Source: Candidatus Omnitrophota bacterium
GTDB taxonomy: Bacteria; Omnitrophota; Gorgyraeia; Duberdicusellales; 4484-171
Reading direction: 5' to 3'
Assembly (NCBI GenBank): GCA_043815445.1
Contig: JBDRIY010000058.1
Location: 16,403-80,402 of the forward strand
Length of the DNA stretch: 64,000 nucleotides
This document shows positions 62,401 through 64,000 of this stretch, piece after piece. Position numbers and translations under genes: made by a program. Within the stretch, counting starts at the first letter, position 1, and every line of letters begins with the position of its first letter. The notes beneath the pieces are model-generated. The model was not told the DNA's origin and ran no database searches. It worked only from the letters and a program-made list of their open reading frames with translations.

Positions 62401-64000
62401 GCATAAGAATGTTCGCCAAAACACAATTAAAATCTAACTGGCCGTTAGTAAGATTAGTAAAAGAAAACTTACACTTCATTTTCCCATTTTCTAAAAATCT
62501 TAACTGCTTACAAACCATTAATCTATCTTCCATAGTAGAATAACGCGCTTCATATCCACCATTTTTAGAAAAGGCTAATTCTCCGCGTAATTCCAATTCC
62601 TCCATATCAAAATTACCCTTTATAAAATCTGGCCCGGTAATATTTTTACGCGAAATAATTGGCTGGCATAAAAACGGCAGGCCGAATATCTGCCCTAAAC
62701 TTCTACCCTGCGGGGGTATATACTTTAATATATCCCGCGGATTTTTACTACCTATGGTATCAAGGTTAATCCTGGGTGAGGCCGCCGGCCGGCCGCCGGG
62801 CGCGGCTGTGCCAGATGTTTGAGGAGAAAAATCTTTCTCCTCCATATACCTAACGGCTTGCTCTACATCACTATATTTGGCATCATTATGAGGATAAAGA
62901 AACCATTCATCTATAGGAAGAAAAGATTTAGACACAGGGTTTTGACGCCCCCTATCTCCCTTAGGCTGCCAAAAAATAATGTTTCCTTGACTATTAATAA
63001 TCACCCACTGATTATTGTAAGAATCCGTAACAAACCTGCCGCTAAATCTATAGGGGCCGGAAATTTCTTCTCTATTACTAATTTCAATTCCAGCTTCTTC
63101 CATAAGATGCAAGACAGTGCTGAAGGAACTAAATACATAATCGCGAAAATGAGGAAACATCAGCCCCCCGAATTTACCGTGGAAAAGATGGCAGGAGCAT
63201 AACCCGCTAATCAACGTAACCTCGGCAATCCGCGCTAATTCACTATCAGATTCCTTTAATCTTTCAGTTACAAACCGCGAAAAACCAAGCACAAAATCAA
63301 GAAAAACATACTTCTTAACCTGGCCAACATATCCTCTTTCTACCAGATTTAGATATAAAAATCTTTCATCCTTAGTAAGACTTTTCCACCCTTTAGCCTC
63401 TATTTTTCGGGTCAAAATCTCAAACTGTTCCCTTTCTTCAGGAGTAAGCGACCACCAGGAAAATTCAGCGTAAGACCCGCCGGAAACAGTACGTAACCGG
63501 ATTGGTTTAATATCTTTGAGAAATCCGCTGATTAATTCAGTTTGGATAACGGCGGCTTTGTTCTTAGGGTCAACCGCCTTGGCAAAATTATCCATCCATC
63601 CGCCAGGCTTATAACAATAATCATAGTTATCCCCCCAATCTTTACTACCGGCTTTACTGTAGTCATCAGCATAAACAATAACCGGTATCTGTGGATTAAG
63701 GCGCGATATTATTTTATTAAATCTCTTGACTAAATTTTTGCTTCCTAAACCTTTATCCTTAGCAGACATTTTAGAAAGGATTTCCTCTGCCCTTTTTAAA
63801 TCCTTTTTATGCTTACTTTTAAACTTTTCAATTTTATCTTTAGCAAAATCCTCTAATGCCTTAACTTCAGAAAAGGGTATTATCTGCCTCAAGAAATAAG
63901 ATCCTCTTACTACCTTAAATTCCGGGCAAGCCCGCGTAGTAAACACAACATCTTCATCACGAATATCAATACCCAATTTCCAGGCTGTCCAGTCAAAAAT
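44440..64000 (-). CDS. Minus-strand coding continues to the window end as one giant phase-2 ORF or several. The recognisable domains, from 3' to 5', are a conserved module like those of 30860-43669, an HExxH metalloprotease motif, an HD-GYP phosphodiesterase domain, a GNAT acetyltransferase, a TM-linked helical region, a second GNAT plus HD-like segment, a GH13-like alpha-amylase catalytic segment, two HAD-like phosphatase segments, a GT35 alpha-glucan phosphorylase, and an N-terminal region of unknown fold. It is partial at the 5' end (off-window).
   Basis: The phase-2 codons were checked at HEFRHAMGF (46919-46945) and LHKLKL (44721-44738). Recurrent TM linkers HPIRAGTG(A/L)(F/V)VLF are at ~49400 and ~47820. 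I translated by eye and did not verify continuity across the whole span, so several same-strand genes are possible. Confidence 0.35.
46919..46945 (-). other. Zinc-metalloprotease HExxH motif (HEFRHAMGF).
   Basis: Reverse-complement translation, phase 2. Confidence 0.45.
47980..48520 (-). other. HD-GYP phosphodiesterase-like domain (HDIGK ... HHESYDGEGYSSGLKGENIPL).
   Basis: The HD motif is encoded at ~48391-48410 and the HHExxDGxGY(P) motif at ~48150-48190. This matches the c-di-GMP HD-GYP family signature. Confidence 0.5.
58630..58680 (-). other. GH13-like alpha-amylase catalytic-region motif (VRFFIDFTSNHMGIDDPW).
   Basis: Reverse-complement translation. It resembles GH13 conserved region I (xxVILDxVxNH). 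Confidence 0.35.
59300..60900 (-). other. GT35 alpha-glucan (glycogen/maltodextrin) phosphorylase-like domain with Lys replaced by Arg at the PLP site.
   Basis: GGLGILEGDTGE (~60770-60797), FTNHTPV and LNEAH motifs, and WLEMPRPPEEACGTSGMRAFENANV (59391-59450), were all verified by explicit reverse complement. Canonical GT35 has E-A-S-G-T-x-x-M-K. Confidence 0.55.

Noticed and set aside
1-64000. Alternative genetic code (UGA or UAG reassigned, as in some candidate-phyla bacteria), to explain the very long ORFs.
   Set aside because: Well-supported small genes end on TGA (antitoxin 6188-6190), TAG (vapC 44405-44407) and TAA (PIN 15015-15017). The long ORFs are long because stops are absent, not because they are read through.

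Overview
This is an AT-rich (~35% GC) window from an uncultured-type bacterial genome. It has two kinds of content. (1) Very large, multidomain, transmembrane-linked genes on the minus strand. I called them by reverse-complementing and translating by eye, and checked the reading phase at many points. They are at about 1677-5876, 6750-10816, 15021-19456, 20192-30100, 30860-43669 and 44440 to the window end. The supplied ORF track omits all of them. Its plus-strand ORFs inside these regions are shadow frames. (2) Small plus-strand toxin-antitoxin (TA) cassettes inserted between the giant genes. Four are paralogous copies of an unfamiliar ~80-aa antitoxin with a PIN toxin. The others are a DUF104-like/MazF pair, a BrnT(amber-interrupted)/BrnA pair, a HicB/HicA pair and a VapB-like/VapC pair. 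Domains I could recognise inside the giant genes are listed here. There is a class I SAM methyltransferase fused to a UDP-glucose-pyrophosphorylase-like domain. A sigma-70 region 2 and region 4 are embedded in a ~4.4 kb ORF. TPR-like repeats, a P-loop NTPase and an M24-peptidase-like domain sit in a ~9.9 kb ORF. A ~12.8 kb ORF is built of tandem paralogous modules, each with a CxxxCxxC radical-SAM motif. A >19 kb region encodes GNAT, HD-GYP, an HExxH metalloprotease motif, a GH13-like segment, HAD-like segments and a GT35 alpha-glucan phosphorylase whose PLP lysine is replaced by arginine. The coding strand is strongly T-depleted, so antisense frames stay open for kilobases. I could therefore fix the 3' ends of the giant ORFs only approximately. 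No rRNA, tRNA or CRISPR was recognised.
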